Shown: positions 37,465 through 48,028 of the stretch, one piece after another
How positions within the stretch are numbered: position 1 is the first letter of the stretch
How the letters are laid out: every line of letters begins with the position of its first letter
Origin: an uncultured bacterium
Lineage (GTDB): Bacteria > Krumholzibacteriota > Krumholzibacteriia > LZORAL124-64-63
Length of the DNA: 64,000 nt
Assembly (NCBI GenBank): GCA_963732385.1
Contig: CAVSZB010000008.1
Span: 256,001-320,000 of the forward strand
Direction: 5' to 3'
The notes under the pieces: model-generated
The model's database searches: none
What the model was told of the DNA's origin: nothing
The model's input: only the letters and a program-made list of their open reading frames with translations
Translations under genes and position numbers: made by a program

Positions 37465-39738
37465 ATGATGAAGGATACGCGGATCAGGGCGGTGCTGCTG
37501 TTCGTCGTCGTGGCGGCGTTCACGGTGCTCATCTTCGGGGGCGCGCAGATCGCCAAACACAAGCCGCCCATTCCGGAGCGGGTGACCGGGACGGACGGCC
37601 GCCTCGTCTTCACGGGCGAGGAGATCCGGCTCGGCCAGCGGTACTACCTCGCCCACGGCGGGCAGGAGATGGGTTCGATCTGGGGGCACGGCGCCTACCT
37701 CGCGCCGGACTGGTCGGCCGATGCGCTGCACCGGGTCGCCCTCGTGACCGCCGGACTGCAGGCGGGGCTGCCGCCGGCGCAGGCGCAGCGGTTCGACCAG
37801 GCGGCGTACGAGGCGCTCGAGACCGGCCTGCGCGGCGAGGTGCAGGCGCGGACGGCCGAGGAGTTGAAGCGCAACCGGTACGACGCCGCGAGCGGGACCC
37901 TGGCGCTGTCGCCCGGGCAGGCGGCGGCGGTCCCGGTGCTCACGGCGTACTACACGACGCTCTTCCGCGACGGCAGCGACCCGTTCTCGATTCCGGCCGG
38001 CGTCGTTGACAGCGATGAGAACGGACGGCGGCTCACCGCCTTCTTCTTCTGGACCGCCTGGGCGGCGATGACCGACCGTCCCGGCGTGGACTACACCTAC
38101 ACGGCCAACTGGCCGTTCGATCCGCTCGCCGGCAACACGCCGGTGCCGAGCGCCCTGCTCTGGTCGATCGCCAGCGTCGTGCTGCTGATCCTGGGCATCG
38201 CCCTGGCGATATTCTTCTACCTGCGTTCCCACGACGAGAGCGGCGAAGAGACGCGGATCCTGCCGCTGGCCGAGCCGGCGCCCACGCCGAGCCAGCGGCT
38301 CACGCTCTACTACTTCCTGGCCGCGGCGCTGCTGTTCCTGGTCCAGGTGGGGGTGGGGTCGCTTACCGGCCACTACGCGGTGGAGGGGAACCGGCTGTTC
38401 GGCCTCGACCTCGGGAAGATCCTGCCGTACGCGGCGGCCCGCACCTGGCACCTGCAGCTGTCGGTCTTCTGGATCGCGACCTGCTGGCTCGCCACCGGCC
38501 TCTACCTCGGGCCGGCGGTGTCGGGCCGCGAACCGCGGCGACAGGCGGCCTGGGTGGCGGTACTGCTCGGGGCGTTGGTGGTCGTGGTGGTGGGCACGCT
38601 GGTCGGCACCTGGCTCGGCGTGACCGGCCGCTTCGGCGGCGGCGGCTTCCTGTTCGGGCACCAGGGGTACGAGTACCTCGACCTCGGCCGCGTCTGGCAG
38701 ATCGCGCTGATCCTCGGCATGCTTCTCTGGCTGGCGCTGGTGTGGCGCTCGATCCGCCCCGCGCTCGACCGCGAGACCGACCGCGGCGGGCTGACCCACC
38801 TGCTGCTCTACGCGTCGGTATCGATCCCGCTCTTCTACTCGGTGGGGCTGTTCTACAACCCCGGCACCCACCTCTCGATCGCCGACTACTGGCGCTGGTG
38901 GGTGGTGCACCTCTGGGTGGAGAACTTCTTCGAGGTGTTCGCCACCGTGGCCCTCGCCTTCGTGCTGACCCGCATGGGGGCGGTGCGGACCGCCTTCGCC
39001 GAGCGGACGGTCTACTTCAGCATCCTGCTCTACCTCGGGGCCGGCATCATCGGCACCTTTCACCACCTCTACTTCTCGGGCACCCCGCTGATGATCACCT
39101 CGCTCGGCGCCACCTTCTCGGCGCTCGAGGTGGTGCCGCTGACGCTGCTCGGCTTCGAAGTGAACCGCAACCTGAAGCTGGCTCGCCTCGGCGGCGACGC
39201 CGCGCCGTACCGCTGGCCGCTCTACTTCTTCATCGCGGTGGCGTTCTGGAACATGCTCGGCGCCGGCGTCTTCGGTTTCCTGATCAACCCGCCGATCGTC
39301 CTCTATTACGCCCAGGGGCTCAACACCACGCCGATCCACTCGCACGGCGCGCTGTTCGGCGTCTACGGCTTCCTGGCGATCGCCCTCGCGCTCTTCTCGG
39401 TGCGCCACATCGTGCGCCGGGAAGCGTGGTCCGACCGGCTGCTGAAGTGGTCGTTCATCGGCCTCAACGCCGGCCTTTTTCTGATGATCTTCGTCAGTCT
39501 CGTGCCGGCCGGCTTCTACCAGTTCCTGCAGGCCGTGAAGCATGGCACCTGGTACGCGCGCGGCCCCGAGGTAACCGGCTCGTCGTTCATCCACACGGTG
39601 ACGTGGCTGAGGTTGCCGGCGGACCTCATCTTCGATGTCGGCGTGGTGGCGTTCCTGGCGTTCCTGGTGCGGGCCATTGTGCTCGACCGGAAGCTGCGGG
39701 GGGGCGCGGTGGCGAAGGCGGGGGGACAGGGCCGGTAG
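37465..39738 (+). CDS. norB: Quinol-dependent nitric oxide reductase (qNor, single subunit)
   Basis: GSIWGHGAYLAPDWSADALH, YTANWP, RTWHLQ, QGYEYLDLGR, YWRWWVVHLWVENFFEVFAT, GTFHHLYF, HSHGALFGVYG; 757 aa with no CxxCH. Confidence 0.93.
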   Translation: MMKDTRIRAVLLFVVVAAFTVLIFGGAQIAKHKPPIPERVTGTDGRLVFTGEEIRLGQRYYLAHGGQEMGSIWGHGAYLAPDWSADALHRVALVTAGLQAGLPPAQAQRFDQAAYEALETGLRGEVQARTAEELKRNRYDAASGTLALSPGQAAAVPVLTAYYTTLFRDGSDPFSIPAGVVDSDENGRRLTAFFFWTAWAAMTDRPGVDYTYTANWPFDPLAGNTPVPSALLWSIASVVLLILGIALAIFFYLRSHDESGEETRILPLAEPAPTPSQRLTLYYFLAAALLFLVQVGVGSLTGHYAVEGNRLFGLDLGKILPYAAARTWHLQLSVFWIATCWLATGLYLGPAVSGREPRRQAAWVAVLLGALVVVVVGTLVGTWLGVTGRFGGGGFLFGHQGYEYLDLGRVWQIALILGMLLWLALVWRSIRPALDRETDRGGLTHLLLYASVSIPLFYSVGLFYNPGTHLSIADYWRWWVVHLWVENFFEVFATVALAFVLTRMGAVRTAFAERTVYFSILLYLGAGIIGTFHHLYFSGTPLMITSLGATFSALEVVPLTLLGFEVNRNLKLARLGGDAAPYRWPLYFFIAVAFWNMLGAGVFGFLINPPIVLYYAQGLNTTPIHSHGALFGVYGFLAIALALFSVRHIVRREAWSDRLLKWSFIGLNAGLFLMIFVSLVPAGFYQFLQAVKHGTWYARGPEVTGSSFIHTVTWLRLPADLIFDVGVVAFLAFLVRAIVLDRKLRGGAVAKAGGQGR

Positions 39739-39869
39739 ATCTCGTTCCGCTTGGCGAATGGCAGGGCCGTCTGCGTGCAGGCGGCCCTGCTCTATTCCGC
39801 CGGCCGGCAGGCTTGATGTATTGCGTGCAGCCGGCTGCACACGAAGAATCAAGTCGGCTCGCGTGGCGC

Positions 39870-40799
39870 CTACCGGCCCCAGGGCACGTCGATGCCCAGT
39901 CCCGCCAGCTTCTCCTCGCACTCGGCGCGTTCGCGGTGGCGGCGCAGCCCGCCGGCCGCGGCGGGCTCGAGCCAGCCGGCCTCGCGCGCCAGGGCCAGGG
40001 CGGCGTCGGAATCGTGGTGGCCGAGGGCGGTGGCGATGGCGCTCTCGAGGCGCGAAAGGCTGACCGCGCCGAGCCGGTAGTCGAGGAACGCCTCCCAGGT
40101 CAGCGGCACCCAGCGGGCCACGATCTCGCGGCCGATGATGTCCGCGTACGAGCGGATCTCGAGCTGGGCGTGCGCGTCCATGCGCAGGGCGAGGAAGTGC
40201 AGCAGGTTGTGCAGGTCGATCTTCCAGTAGGCCTCGGTGTAGGTGGCGAGGGGGAGGTCCTTGCGGGCCTGCTCGCGGGCGACGCCGGCCTCGAGGCGTT
40301 CGTGGTAGACGGCGCGGGCGTGTTCCTGCAGCTCGGCCTCGCGCTGCGTGAACGCGGCGCCGGCGCCGGCGTCGAGGACGCCCTGGCTGCCCTGCCGGTT
40401 GCCCGCGGCCTGCGTGCGCCAGGCGTGGGGGGCGGTGCGCTGGGCGGCGTCGATCGCCACGGAGTAGCGCGTGCTGTACTCGTTCACGCTGGCGGAGCGG
40501 TGGCGGATCCACTGCCGCCAGGCGTCCATCGGGACCCGCACGTGGAGCTTCAGCTCGCACATCTCGAACGGCGTGGTGTGACGGTGGCGCAGCAGGTAGC
40601 GGATCAGGCCGCGGTCGTCGCTGACCTGCTTCGTGCCGGCGCCGTAGGACACGCGCGCCGCCTGCACGATCGCCGCGTCGTCTCCCATGTAGTCGACGAG
40701 ACGCACGAAGCCGTCGTCGAGCGCGGGGAACGCCTGGCCGAGGATCGCGTCGAGCGCGGGCACGCCGGGGCGGACCAGTTTTTCGGGACTCTGCTCCAC
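39870..40799 (-). CDS. thyX: FAD-dependent thymidylate synthase
   Basis: GFVRLVDYMG, QAARVSYG, HTTPFE, RHRSASVNEYSTRY (RHRX7S), LRMDAHAQLEIR; own GTG 40799 with GGGGGAG RBS. Confidence 0.95.
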   Translation of the reverse strand: MEQSPEKLVRPGVPALDAILGQAFPALDDGFVRLVDYMGDDAAIVQAARVSYGAGTKQVSDDRGLIRYLLRHRHTTPFEMCELKLHVRVPMDAWRQWIRHRSASVNEYSTRYSVAIDAAQRTAPHAWRTQAAGNRQGSQGVLDAGAGAAFTQREAELQEHARAVYHERLEAGVAREQARKDLPLATYTEAYWKIDLHNLLHFLALRMDAHAQLEIRSYADIIGREIVARWVPLTWEAFLDYRLGAVSLSRLESAIATALGHHDSDAALALAREAGWLEPAAAGGLRRHRERAECEEKLAGLGIDVPWGR

Positions 40800-40810
40800 C
40801 GGCGCTCCCC

Positions 40811-42854
40811 CTACGGGTTGAAGGCGTTGCGGATCGCGCCGTCCACCAGCGCGTCCTCGGCGTGGTGAGGCAGCGTGACCGACAGGCGCGGCTCGCGGTC
40901 CATGGCGCGCCGGATGGCGAATTCGGCGCCGGTGTTGCGCGCCCAGGCGCGCCGGGCGATGCCGTTGTTGACGTCCCAGGCGAGCATCAGGTCGAGGCGC
41001 CGGTCGGCGTCGGCCGAGCCGTCGAGCAGCAGGCCGAAGCCGCCGTTGATGACCTCGCCCCAGCCGACCCCGCCGCCGTTGTGCAGGCTGACCCAGGTGG
41101 CGCCGCGGCAGGCGTCGCCGATGACGTTCTGCACCGCCATGTCGGCGCAGAGGCTCGAGCCGTCGTAGATGTTGGCCGTCTCGCGGTACGGGGAGTCGGT
41201 GCCCGATACGTCGTGGTGATCGCGGCCGAGCACCACCGGCGCCGACACGCGGCCGGCGCGGATGGCGGCGTTGAAGGCGGCGGCGATGCGCCGGCGCCCC
41301 TCCTCGTCGGCGTAGAGGATGCGCGCCTGCGAGCCGACCACCAGCCGGTTCTCGCCGGCCTGCCGGATCCAGCGCAGGTTGTCGAGAATCTGCTGGCGGA
41401 TCTCCGGCGGCGCCTCCGCCGTCATCCCGGTCAGGACCTCGGCCGCGATGGTGTCGGTGGCGGCCAGGTCGGCCGGATCGCCGCTCGTGCAGACCCAGCG
41501 GAACGGGCCGAAGCCGAGGTCGAAGCAGAGCGGCCCCATGATGTCCTCGACGTACGACGGGTAGCGGAAGCGGCCGTCGGGCGTGTCGATGGCGGCGCCG
41601 GCGCGGCGCGCCTCGAGCAGGAAGGCGTTGCCGTAGTCCCAGAAGCGCATGCCGCGCGCGGTGAGGGCGTTGACCGCGTCGACATGGGCCCGCAGCGATT
41701 CCTGCACGCGCGCCTTGAAGGCGGCGGGGTCGGCGGCCATCAGGGCGTTGGCGGCGTCGAACGTCAGGCCGGCGGGGTAGTAGCCGCCGGCGTAGGGGTT
41801 GTGCAGGCTCGTCTGGTCGCTGCCGAGTTCGACCGGCTGGTCGGCCTGCGCCAGGCGCGTCCACAGGTCGACCACGTTGCCCTCGTAGGCGATCGACACC
41901 GCCTGTTTCGCGTGGCGCGCGCGGTCGATGCGCGACAGCAGCCGGTCGAGGTCGGATTCGATCTCGTCCACCCAGCCCTGCGCGTGGCGCTTGCGCGCGG
42001 CGGCCGGATTGACCTCCGCTACGACGCCGATCGCGCCGGCGATCACCGCGGCCTTGGCCTGCGCGCCGCTCATCCCGCCCAGCCCCGACGACACGAACAC
42101 CTTGCCGGCGAGGCCGTCGTCGCCCGTCGTGCCGAGGTAGAGCCGGCCGGCGTTGAGGATCGTGATCGTCGTGCCGTGCACGATCCCCTGCGGCCCGATG
42201 TACATGTAGCTGCCGGCGGTCATCTGGCCGTACGATCGTCACGCCGAGGGACGCCAGGCGGGTGTAGTCGTCGGGTGAACTGTGGTTGGGGATCACCAGC
42301 CCGTTGGTGACCACGACCCGCGGCGCGTCGGGGTGCGACGGGAACAGCCCCAGGGGGTGGCCCGAGTACATGACGAGCGTCTGCTCCTCGGTCATCTCCG
42401 CCAGGTACCTCATCGTCAGCAGGTACTGCGCCCAGTTCTGGAAGACCGCGCCGTTGCCGCCGTAGGTGACCAGCTCGTGCGGGTGCTGCGCCACGGCCGG
42501 GTCGAGGTTGTTCTGGATCATCAGCATGATGGCGGCGGCCTGCGCGCAGCGGGCCGGATAGTCGTCGAGCGGCCGCGCGTGCATCGGGTAGGCGGGCCGG
42601 TAGCGGCGCATGTAGATGCGGCCGTCCTCGCGCAGTTCGCGTGCGAACTCGGGGGCGAGGCGCGCGTGCGTCGGCGCCGGGAAATAGCGCAGCGCGTTGC
42701 GCAGGGCCAGCTTCCGCTCCGCCGGCGACAGGAGCAGGGGGCGGCGCGGCGCGTGGCTGACGCCGGGCTCCTCCGGCGGCAGGTCGGGGATCTCGTCGGG
42801 GATGCCGCGGCGGATCGCGGCCTGGAATTCGTCGAGCGTGGTCGTGCGGGTCAA
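40811..42854 (-). pseudogene. hutU: Urocanate hydratase (long, ~680-aa type) with a +1 frameshift near 42234; pseudogene or sequencing error
   Basis: The N-terminal part (NNLDPAVAQHPHELVTYGGNG) and C-terminal part (MTAGSYMYIGPQGIVHGT, GLGGMSGAQ, RDHHDVSG) are in different frames; total span 2044 nt = 3n+1. Confidence 0.9.
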
Positions 42855-43112
42855 TTCGAGCCTCCTGCGCGGTCACCGGCGCGCGCACGGTTGCGCGCAC
42901 CGCGCCAAGATAGCACCCGGGCCGCCGCGTCGGAAGCGCCGGTCGCAGGCGCCGGTCGCAGGCGGTTGCCGTTGGATTGGAGGGGGGACGGGCGGCTCGC
43001 GCGGCCCACCTCCTGCTGCGGGGCAGGCTTGACCCCCGGCCCGGCCTGGGGGCATGATCCGGCGCGGGAAAGCCAGGCGGGCCGGGGGGGCGCGCGGAAG
43101 GAGGAGATCGGG

Positions 43113-43649
43113 ATGACCGTTCTGTTTCAGCGCATGTTGCGCGCGGCGCGGCTCGAAACCGCGTTCTACGAAGAGGTCGAGGCGGATCGGACCGCCCTGG
43201 GCCAGGCCATGCTGGTGGTCGGACTGTCCAGCCTGGCGGCCGGTCTTGGCGCCGGCGAGAACGGGGTGAAGGCGGTCGTGGCCGGCCTTGTCGGCGCCTG
43301 GCTCAGCTGGCTGCTGTGGGCCTGGCTCACCTGGTTCATCGGCACCAGGATCCTGCCCGAGGCGCAGACGGAGGCGGACCTCGGCCAGCTCCTGCGCACG
43401 ACCGGTTTCAGCGCGGCGCCCGGGCTGTTGCGCGTGTTCGCCTTCCTGCCGGTCGCGGGTCGGGCGATCACGGCGGTCGCCCAGGTCTGGATGCTCATCG
43501 CGATGATCGTGGCGGTGCGCCAGGCGCTCGACTACCGGGGCACCGGACGAGCGCTCGTGGTCTGCCTGCTGGGCTGGCTCATCTATGTGATCGTCGGCGT
43601 GATCATCGCCTTCGCGGTCATGGGGGGAAGGGGCGGGGTCGCCGTCTGA
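43113..43649 (+). CDS. YIP1 family membrane protein
   Basis: RMLRAARLETAFYEEVEAD, LLRTTGFSAAPG, AVRQALDY; about 5 TM helices; GGAGGAG RBS. Confidence 0.75.
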   Translation: MTVLFQRMLRAARLETAFYEEVEADRTALGQAMLVVGLSSLAAGLGAGENGVKAVVAGLVGAWLSWLLWAWLTWFIGTRILPEAQTEADLGQLLRTTGFSAAPGLLRVFAFLPVAGRAITAVAQVWMLIAMIVAVRQALDYRGTGRALVVCLLGWLIYVIVGVIIAFAVMGGRGGVAV

Positions 43650-43695
43650 TCTCGCGTCGGCTCTCTCTTCACCGTTTTCCACCAGGAGTGCCGTC

Positions 43696-45036
43696 ATGAC
43701 CCTGCGCTGCCTGATCGCCGCCGGATGCGTTCTTCTCGGCCAACTGGCGGCCGGGGCGCCGGCCGCTGCCGTGCCGCTGGCGGTGGCGGCAGCGCCGGCG
43801 GAGCCGGCTCCGATTCACGCCCCGCGTCCCGGCGGCGCCGTCTACAAGCCGTCGTACAAGTATCCGGTGCTCGAGAAGATCGAGGCGCGCCGGGATTCCC
43901 TGCGCGCGCTCGTCGACTCGGCCCGCGCCCGCACCGACGCGCGGTACACCGCCGAGGCGGCGCGGCGGACCGCCGCGGGGGTGTCGCTGCGCGTCGACTG
44001 GAGCGCCGTCCGCAGGCCGGCCTCCCCGGAGGCGTTCGCGCCGGCGTTCCACTTTCCGCCGGTGCCGCAGTACGACACCGGCACCTGCTGGGCGTTCTGC
44101 TCGACCTCGTTCTTCGAGTCGGAGGTGGCGCGCCTGACCGGCCGGCGGATCAAGCTGTCGGAGATGTGGACCGTCTACTGGGAGTATGTGGAGAAGGCGC
44201 GCCGTTTCGTGCAGGAGCACGGACACTCGCCGCTCGCGGAGGGCTCGCAGGACCACGGCACACAGGAGGTGTACCGGCGCTACGGCGCCGTGCCGCTGAC
44301 GGCGTACCGCGGCGTGCTCGATCCCGACGGCTGGTACGATCATCCGCCGATGCAGCAGGAGATCGCCGCCTATCTGGAGTTCGTGCGGGAGCAGGACGCC
44401 TGGGACGAGGCCACGGTGCTCGCCGCCGTGCGCGACATTCTCGACCGTTACATGGGGCCCGTGCCCGCGACGTTCGAATTCGAGGGGCGGACCTACGCGC
44501 CGCCGGCCTTCCTCGCCGAAGTGCTGCGGCTGGACCCCGACGACTACGTCAACTGCGTCTCGACGCTGAAGCATCCGTTCCACACCCGCGTGCTGCTCGA
44601 TGTGGTGGACAACTGGCGCCGTCGCGATGACTACCTGAACCTGCCGCTGGACGAGTTCATGCGGGTCATCCGCGAGACCGTGCAGGCGGGCGGCACGGTG
44701 TCGATCGGCGGCGACGTGAGCGAGCCCGGCATGGACGGGATGGAGGACGCCGCCATCATCCCGGAGTGGGACATCCCCGCGAAGTACATCAACCAGGACA
44801 GCCGCGAGCTGCGCCTGGCCAACGGCACGACCGGCGACGACCACGGCGTGCATGTCGTCGGGTTCCTGCGCCACGGCGGACGCGACTGGTTCCTCATCAA
44901 GGACAGCAATGCCAGCAGCCGTCTCGGCCGTTTCAAAGGGTATTACTTCTACGACAGCGACTATGTCCGGCTGAAGATGCTCAGCTTCATGGTGCACCGC
45001 GACCGGCTGCGGGGCGTGTCGCCGCCGCAGCCGTGA
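43696..45036 (+). CDS. Secreted C1 family cysteine peptidase (aminopeptidase C-like)
   Basis: Signal peptide; QYDTGTCWAF (oxyanion Gln and catalytic Cys), DDHGVHVVG (His), IKDS. Confidence 0.85.
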   Translation: MTLRCLIAAGCVLLGQLAAGAPAAAVPLAVAAAPAEPAPIHAPRPGGAVYKPSYKYPVLEKIEARRDSLRALVDSARARTDARYTAEAARRTAAGVSLRVDWSAVRRPASPEAFAPAFHFPPVPQYDTGTCWAFCSTSFFESEVARLTGRRIKLSEMWTVYWEYVEKARRFVQEHGHSPLAEGSQDHGTQEVYRRYGAVPLTAYRGVLDPDGWYDHPPMQQEIAAYLEFVREQDAWDEATVLAAVRDILDRYMGPVPATFEFEGRTYAPPAFLAEVLRLDPDDYVNCVSTLKHPFHTRVLLDVVDNWRRRDDYLNLPLDEFMRVIRETVQAGGTVSIGGDVSEPGMDGMEDAAIIPEWDIPAKYINQDSRELRLANGTTGDDHGVHVVGFLRHGGRDWFLIKDSNASSRLGRFKGYYFYDSDYVRLKMLSFMVHRDRLRGVSPPQP

Positions 45037-45094
45037 TCGGGCGGGTTCCGCCGGTCCGCTACCGGCGCCGGCCGCCGCCGAGCAGCGACCCCGT

Positions 45095-46615
45095 CTACGG
45101 CAGGTCCGCCCGCTTGAAAAGGTTGAGATAACGGCCGCCCGGCAGCTCCAGGTAGACCGGCACGTACTGGGACTGGAACACGGGGCTCTGGAAGATGTCC
45201 AGCTCGCGCGCGAAGGGGCGCATCGGCGCGGTGAGCGGCCGGTCGGTCACGTTTACGTTGCCGAGCAGCAGGTAGTCCGGGCGGCGCGACAGGATGTAGG
45301 CGCCGTCGTGCTTTTCGTGGCCGGCGTAGCCCTGCGTGAAGGCCATGCGGCGGTGGGCGATGTGACGGTCGGTCAGGCCGAGGATGTCATACGTGACGAA
45401 CCCGGTGCGCCAGGGGATGTAGCCGACCGGCGACAGGGCGATGGTGGCGTCCGGCGGCAGGGCCTGCGCCAGCCCTGCGGCGGCGAGTTTCCAGCCGCCG
45501 AGATTGCGCAGGCTCAGGTGCGCGTCGATGAGCCGGCGCTCCCGGCCGGCGAACGAGGGGACCAGCGAGGCGGCGGCCAGCAGCGCCACCAGCGCGAGCG
45601 CGCGCCGGGGGCGCGGGACCGGGGCGGACACGAGGACGGCGGTGCCGCAGGCGATGCTGACCGGCAGGATCGGGACGAAGAAACGGAACATGCCGAGCAT
45701 GTCGCCGCCGATCGCCGTCACGTAGAGGAGCCAGCCCGACAGCAGCAGCAGCGAACGGCGCCACTCCACGGTTCGCCAGGCGCCGGTCCAGCCGCCGGGG
45801 GCGGCCAGCGGAAGCAGCGCCCAGGGCAGCAGGAACGCCGGCAGGAAGGCGGCGGTGTAGGGAAGGCCGGTGCGCAGCTGCCCGCCGAGGTCGCCGGTCT
45901 TGGCGTACCAGGTGTTCGGCAGCCAGGCGCCGTAGAACGCGTGGCGCCAGACCAGGTGCGCCGCGACGCCGGCGACCACGATCGCCGGAGCGAGCCAGCG
46001 GCGTCGGCCGCCGGCCGGGGCCAGCCCCGCCCACGCCGCGAAGGCGAGGCCGAGGGCCACCCCTTCCGGCCGGGTCAGCGCCAGCAGCAGGGCGCAGGCT
46101 CCGGCCGTGACGGCGCGCCGATCGAGCGCGGCGCGCCAGGCGAGCAGCAGGAGCAGGGTGAACAGCGGCGTTTCCAGACCGGCCAGGCTCCAGCAGGCGA
46201 CCGGGCCGCAGGCGGCCAGCAGGAAAGACGCGGCCCAGGCCGCGCGCGCCGGAGGAACTCCGGCGACGGGCCGGGCGGGCGACCGCCCGGCCGTCGCCAG
46301 TCTCAGCGCGAGTCCCGGCAGCAGCAGCGCCGTGGCGGCGGCCGCGGCGAAGCCCAGGAGGCGCGCCCACAGCAGCGGGTCGAGGCCGGCCGCCATGCCG
46401 GCGGCCGACAGCAGGACCCAGAGCAGGTTCGAGTATCCCTCCACGGGATCGCCGGGATTGAAGACGAGCCCGTGCCCGTCCAGCAGATTGTGAGCATAGC
46501 GGAACGAGATGTACGCGTCGTCCACCGCGAAATGGAACGTCAACGCGTGCGCCAGCAGCAGCGCTATCGCCAGAGCTGCCGGCCAGATCGGCGCGGATGG
46601 CGCCGGTCGTTTCAT
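45095..46615 (-). CDS. GT-C fold membrane glycosyltransferase (AftB/arabinofuranosyltransferase-like)
   Basis: [60 protein letters not shown]. Confidence 0.75.
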   Translation of the reverse strand: MKRPAPSAPIWPAALAIALLLAHALTFHFAVDDAYISFRYAHNLLDGHGLVFNPGDPVEGYSNLLWVLLSAAGMAAGLDPLLWARLLGFAAAAATALLLPGLALRLATAGRSPARPVAGVPPARAAWAASFLLAACGPVACWSLAGLETPLFTLLLLLAWRAALDRRAVTAGACALLLALTRPEGVALGLAFAAWAGLAPAGGRRRWLAPAIVVAGVAAHLVWRHAFYGAWLPNTWYAKTGDLGGQLRTGLPYTAAFLPAFLLPWALLPLAAPGGWTGAWRTVEWRRSLLLLSGWLLYVTAIGGDMLGMFRFFVPILPVSIACGTAVLVSAPVPRPRRALALVALLAAASLVPSFAGRERRLIDAHLSLRNLGGWKLAAAGLAQALPPDATIALSPVGYIPWRTGFVTYDILGLTDRHIAHRRMAFTQGYAGHEKHDGAYILSRRPDYLLLGNVNVTDRPLTAPMRPFARELDIFQSPVFQSQYVPVYLELPGGRYLNLFKRADLP

Positions 46616-47769
46616 GCGAGCGGCGTCTCCCAGAACTCCGGCACGATGCCGCGGCGGCGCAGCTCCTCCAGCAGCGGCTCCATCGGCACCACCAGCTCCT
46701 GGGAATGGGCGCCCGGCACCTTCATGACGCCCGCCGCGAGCATCCTGGCAATGATGGCTGTCGGGTAGCCGGTCATGCGCATCATCGCCGAGATGTTGTT
46801 GTCCGCGTCGTGGCGGTCCACGATGCGCACGCTCCGGCGCAGGGCGCGTCCGCCGCTCGTGCCGTCACATTCGGCGAGCAGCAGCACGAGGTCCTGGTCA
46901 TCGACGCTCAGGACGCGGGTCAGCATGGTGGCGAGGAAGTCGCACGGGCGCACTTCGTGGCCGTCGATGGTCACCGGAGCGCTGTCGGTGAGGCCGATCT
47001 GCACGAGCGTGCGGATCTTCTCCGCGTGGCCGCGGTAACGGATCGTCTTGTAGTCCATGTCCCGCACGCGACCTGCGAGCGTATACGGCAGCGTGGAGAT
47101 GCCGCCGGAGGTGTGGAACGCCTCGAAACGCCCCATCGGGACCGGGAACTCGATCTCTTCGACCTCGCTCAACGCCGGTACGAAGCGCATTTCGCCGCCA
47201 CGCACGCAGAGGCACGGCTCGATGTACTCGTTGATCAAACCGTGCACCGAAAAAACCAGCATATAGTCGAGCGGCGGACGGGGGTGCTGCGGCAGGCCGC
47301 CCACGCGCAGGCGCAGGCTGTCCACCCGGTCGAACTGCGTGTGCAGGTGATACCCGAGCAGACCGGCCAGGCCGGGGGCGAGTCCGCAGTCGGGGATGAT
47401 GGTCACGCCGCGCTCGCGCGCGCGCGCATCGAGGGCGAGCTGCTTCTCGACGACCTCGTAGTTGCCCCCGAGATCGACCATGTGCGTGCCGCAGGCGATG
47501 GCCAGCTCGGCAAGATCGACGTTGCACCAGTAGTTGACCGCGCTGATCAGGACATCGGCGGCGCGGGCGAGCGGCTCGAGCTTCGCGTGGTCGCGCACGT
47601 CTCCGGCGACGGTCTGCACCCGCGGATCGTCCAGCCGCGCGCGCAGCGCGGCCAGGCTGGCCTCGTCCTGGTCGTAGATCGTCAGGGCGGTCGTCCCCGC
47701 GGCGAGCCGCAACAGGTCGAAGGCGATGGCCGTTCCCTGCATCCCGGCGCCCAACAGCAGATACTTCAT
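46612..47769 (-). CDS. Saccharopine dehydrogenase family NAD(P)-dependent oxidoreductase (lysine 6-dehydrogenase-like)
   Basis: Rossmann motif [44 protein letters not shown]. Confidence 0.85.
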   Translation of the reverse strand: MKYLLLGAGMQGTAIAFDLLRLAAGTTALTIYDQDEASLAALRARLDDPRVQTVAGDVRDHAKLEPLARAADVLISAVNYWCNVDLAELAIACGTHMVDLGGNYEVVEKQLALDARARERGVTIIPDCGLAPGLAGLLGYHLHTQFDRVDSLRLRVGGLPQHPRPPLDYMLVFSVHGLINEYIEPCLCVRGGEMRFVPALSEVEEIEFPVPMGRFEAFHTSGGISTLPYTLAGRVRDMDYKTIRYRGHAEKIRTLVQIGLTDSAPVTIDGHEVRPCDFLATMLTRVLSVDDQDLVLLLAECDGTSGGRALRRSVRIVDRHDADNNISAMMRMTGYPTAIIARMLAAGVMKVPGAHSQELVVPMEPLLEELRRRGIVPEFWETPLA

Positions 47770-48028
47770 CGTGTTCCTCCGGTGACGGAAACCTCTTCAG
47801 TCCTCCAGGCGGCGCAGGTGCGAAATCTACATGGTCGTTCCGGGGCGGGCAAGCGGCCGGGGCGGTTCGCCGACGGTCGGCGACCGGCCGCAGGACAGAC
47901 GCAGCGGTCCGCCGGCACCGCACATGGGGCCTTGTCCCGGGGGGCCGGCGCGGCTAGAATCCGTCCCGCCCGACCCGCGCCGGCCGGGGCGTATCCCGGA
48001 TCGAGGAGCAGCCTGCAAAGGAGCCGTC

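Noticed and set aside
37465..39738. NO dismutase (Nod)
   Set aside because: Both active-site Glu and the His ligands of ordinary qNor are retained; only one Gly-to-Asn change was seen.
37396..40560. 1054-aa minus-strand ORF
   Set aside because: Off-frame of thyX and antisense to qNor; no recognisable domain.
39870..42854. 994-aa HutU-ThyX fusion protein in the ORF track
   Set aside because: The middle ~470 codons are Arg/Pro/Gly-rich off-frame translation of hutU, and thyX has its own RBS and GTG start. It is a by-product of the single-base frameshift.
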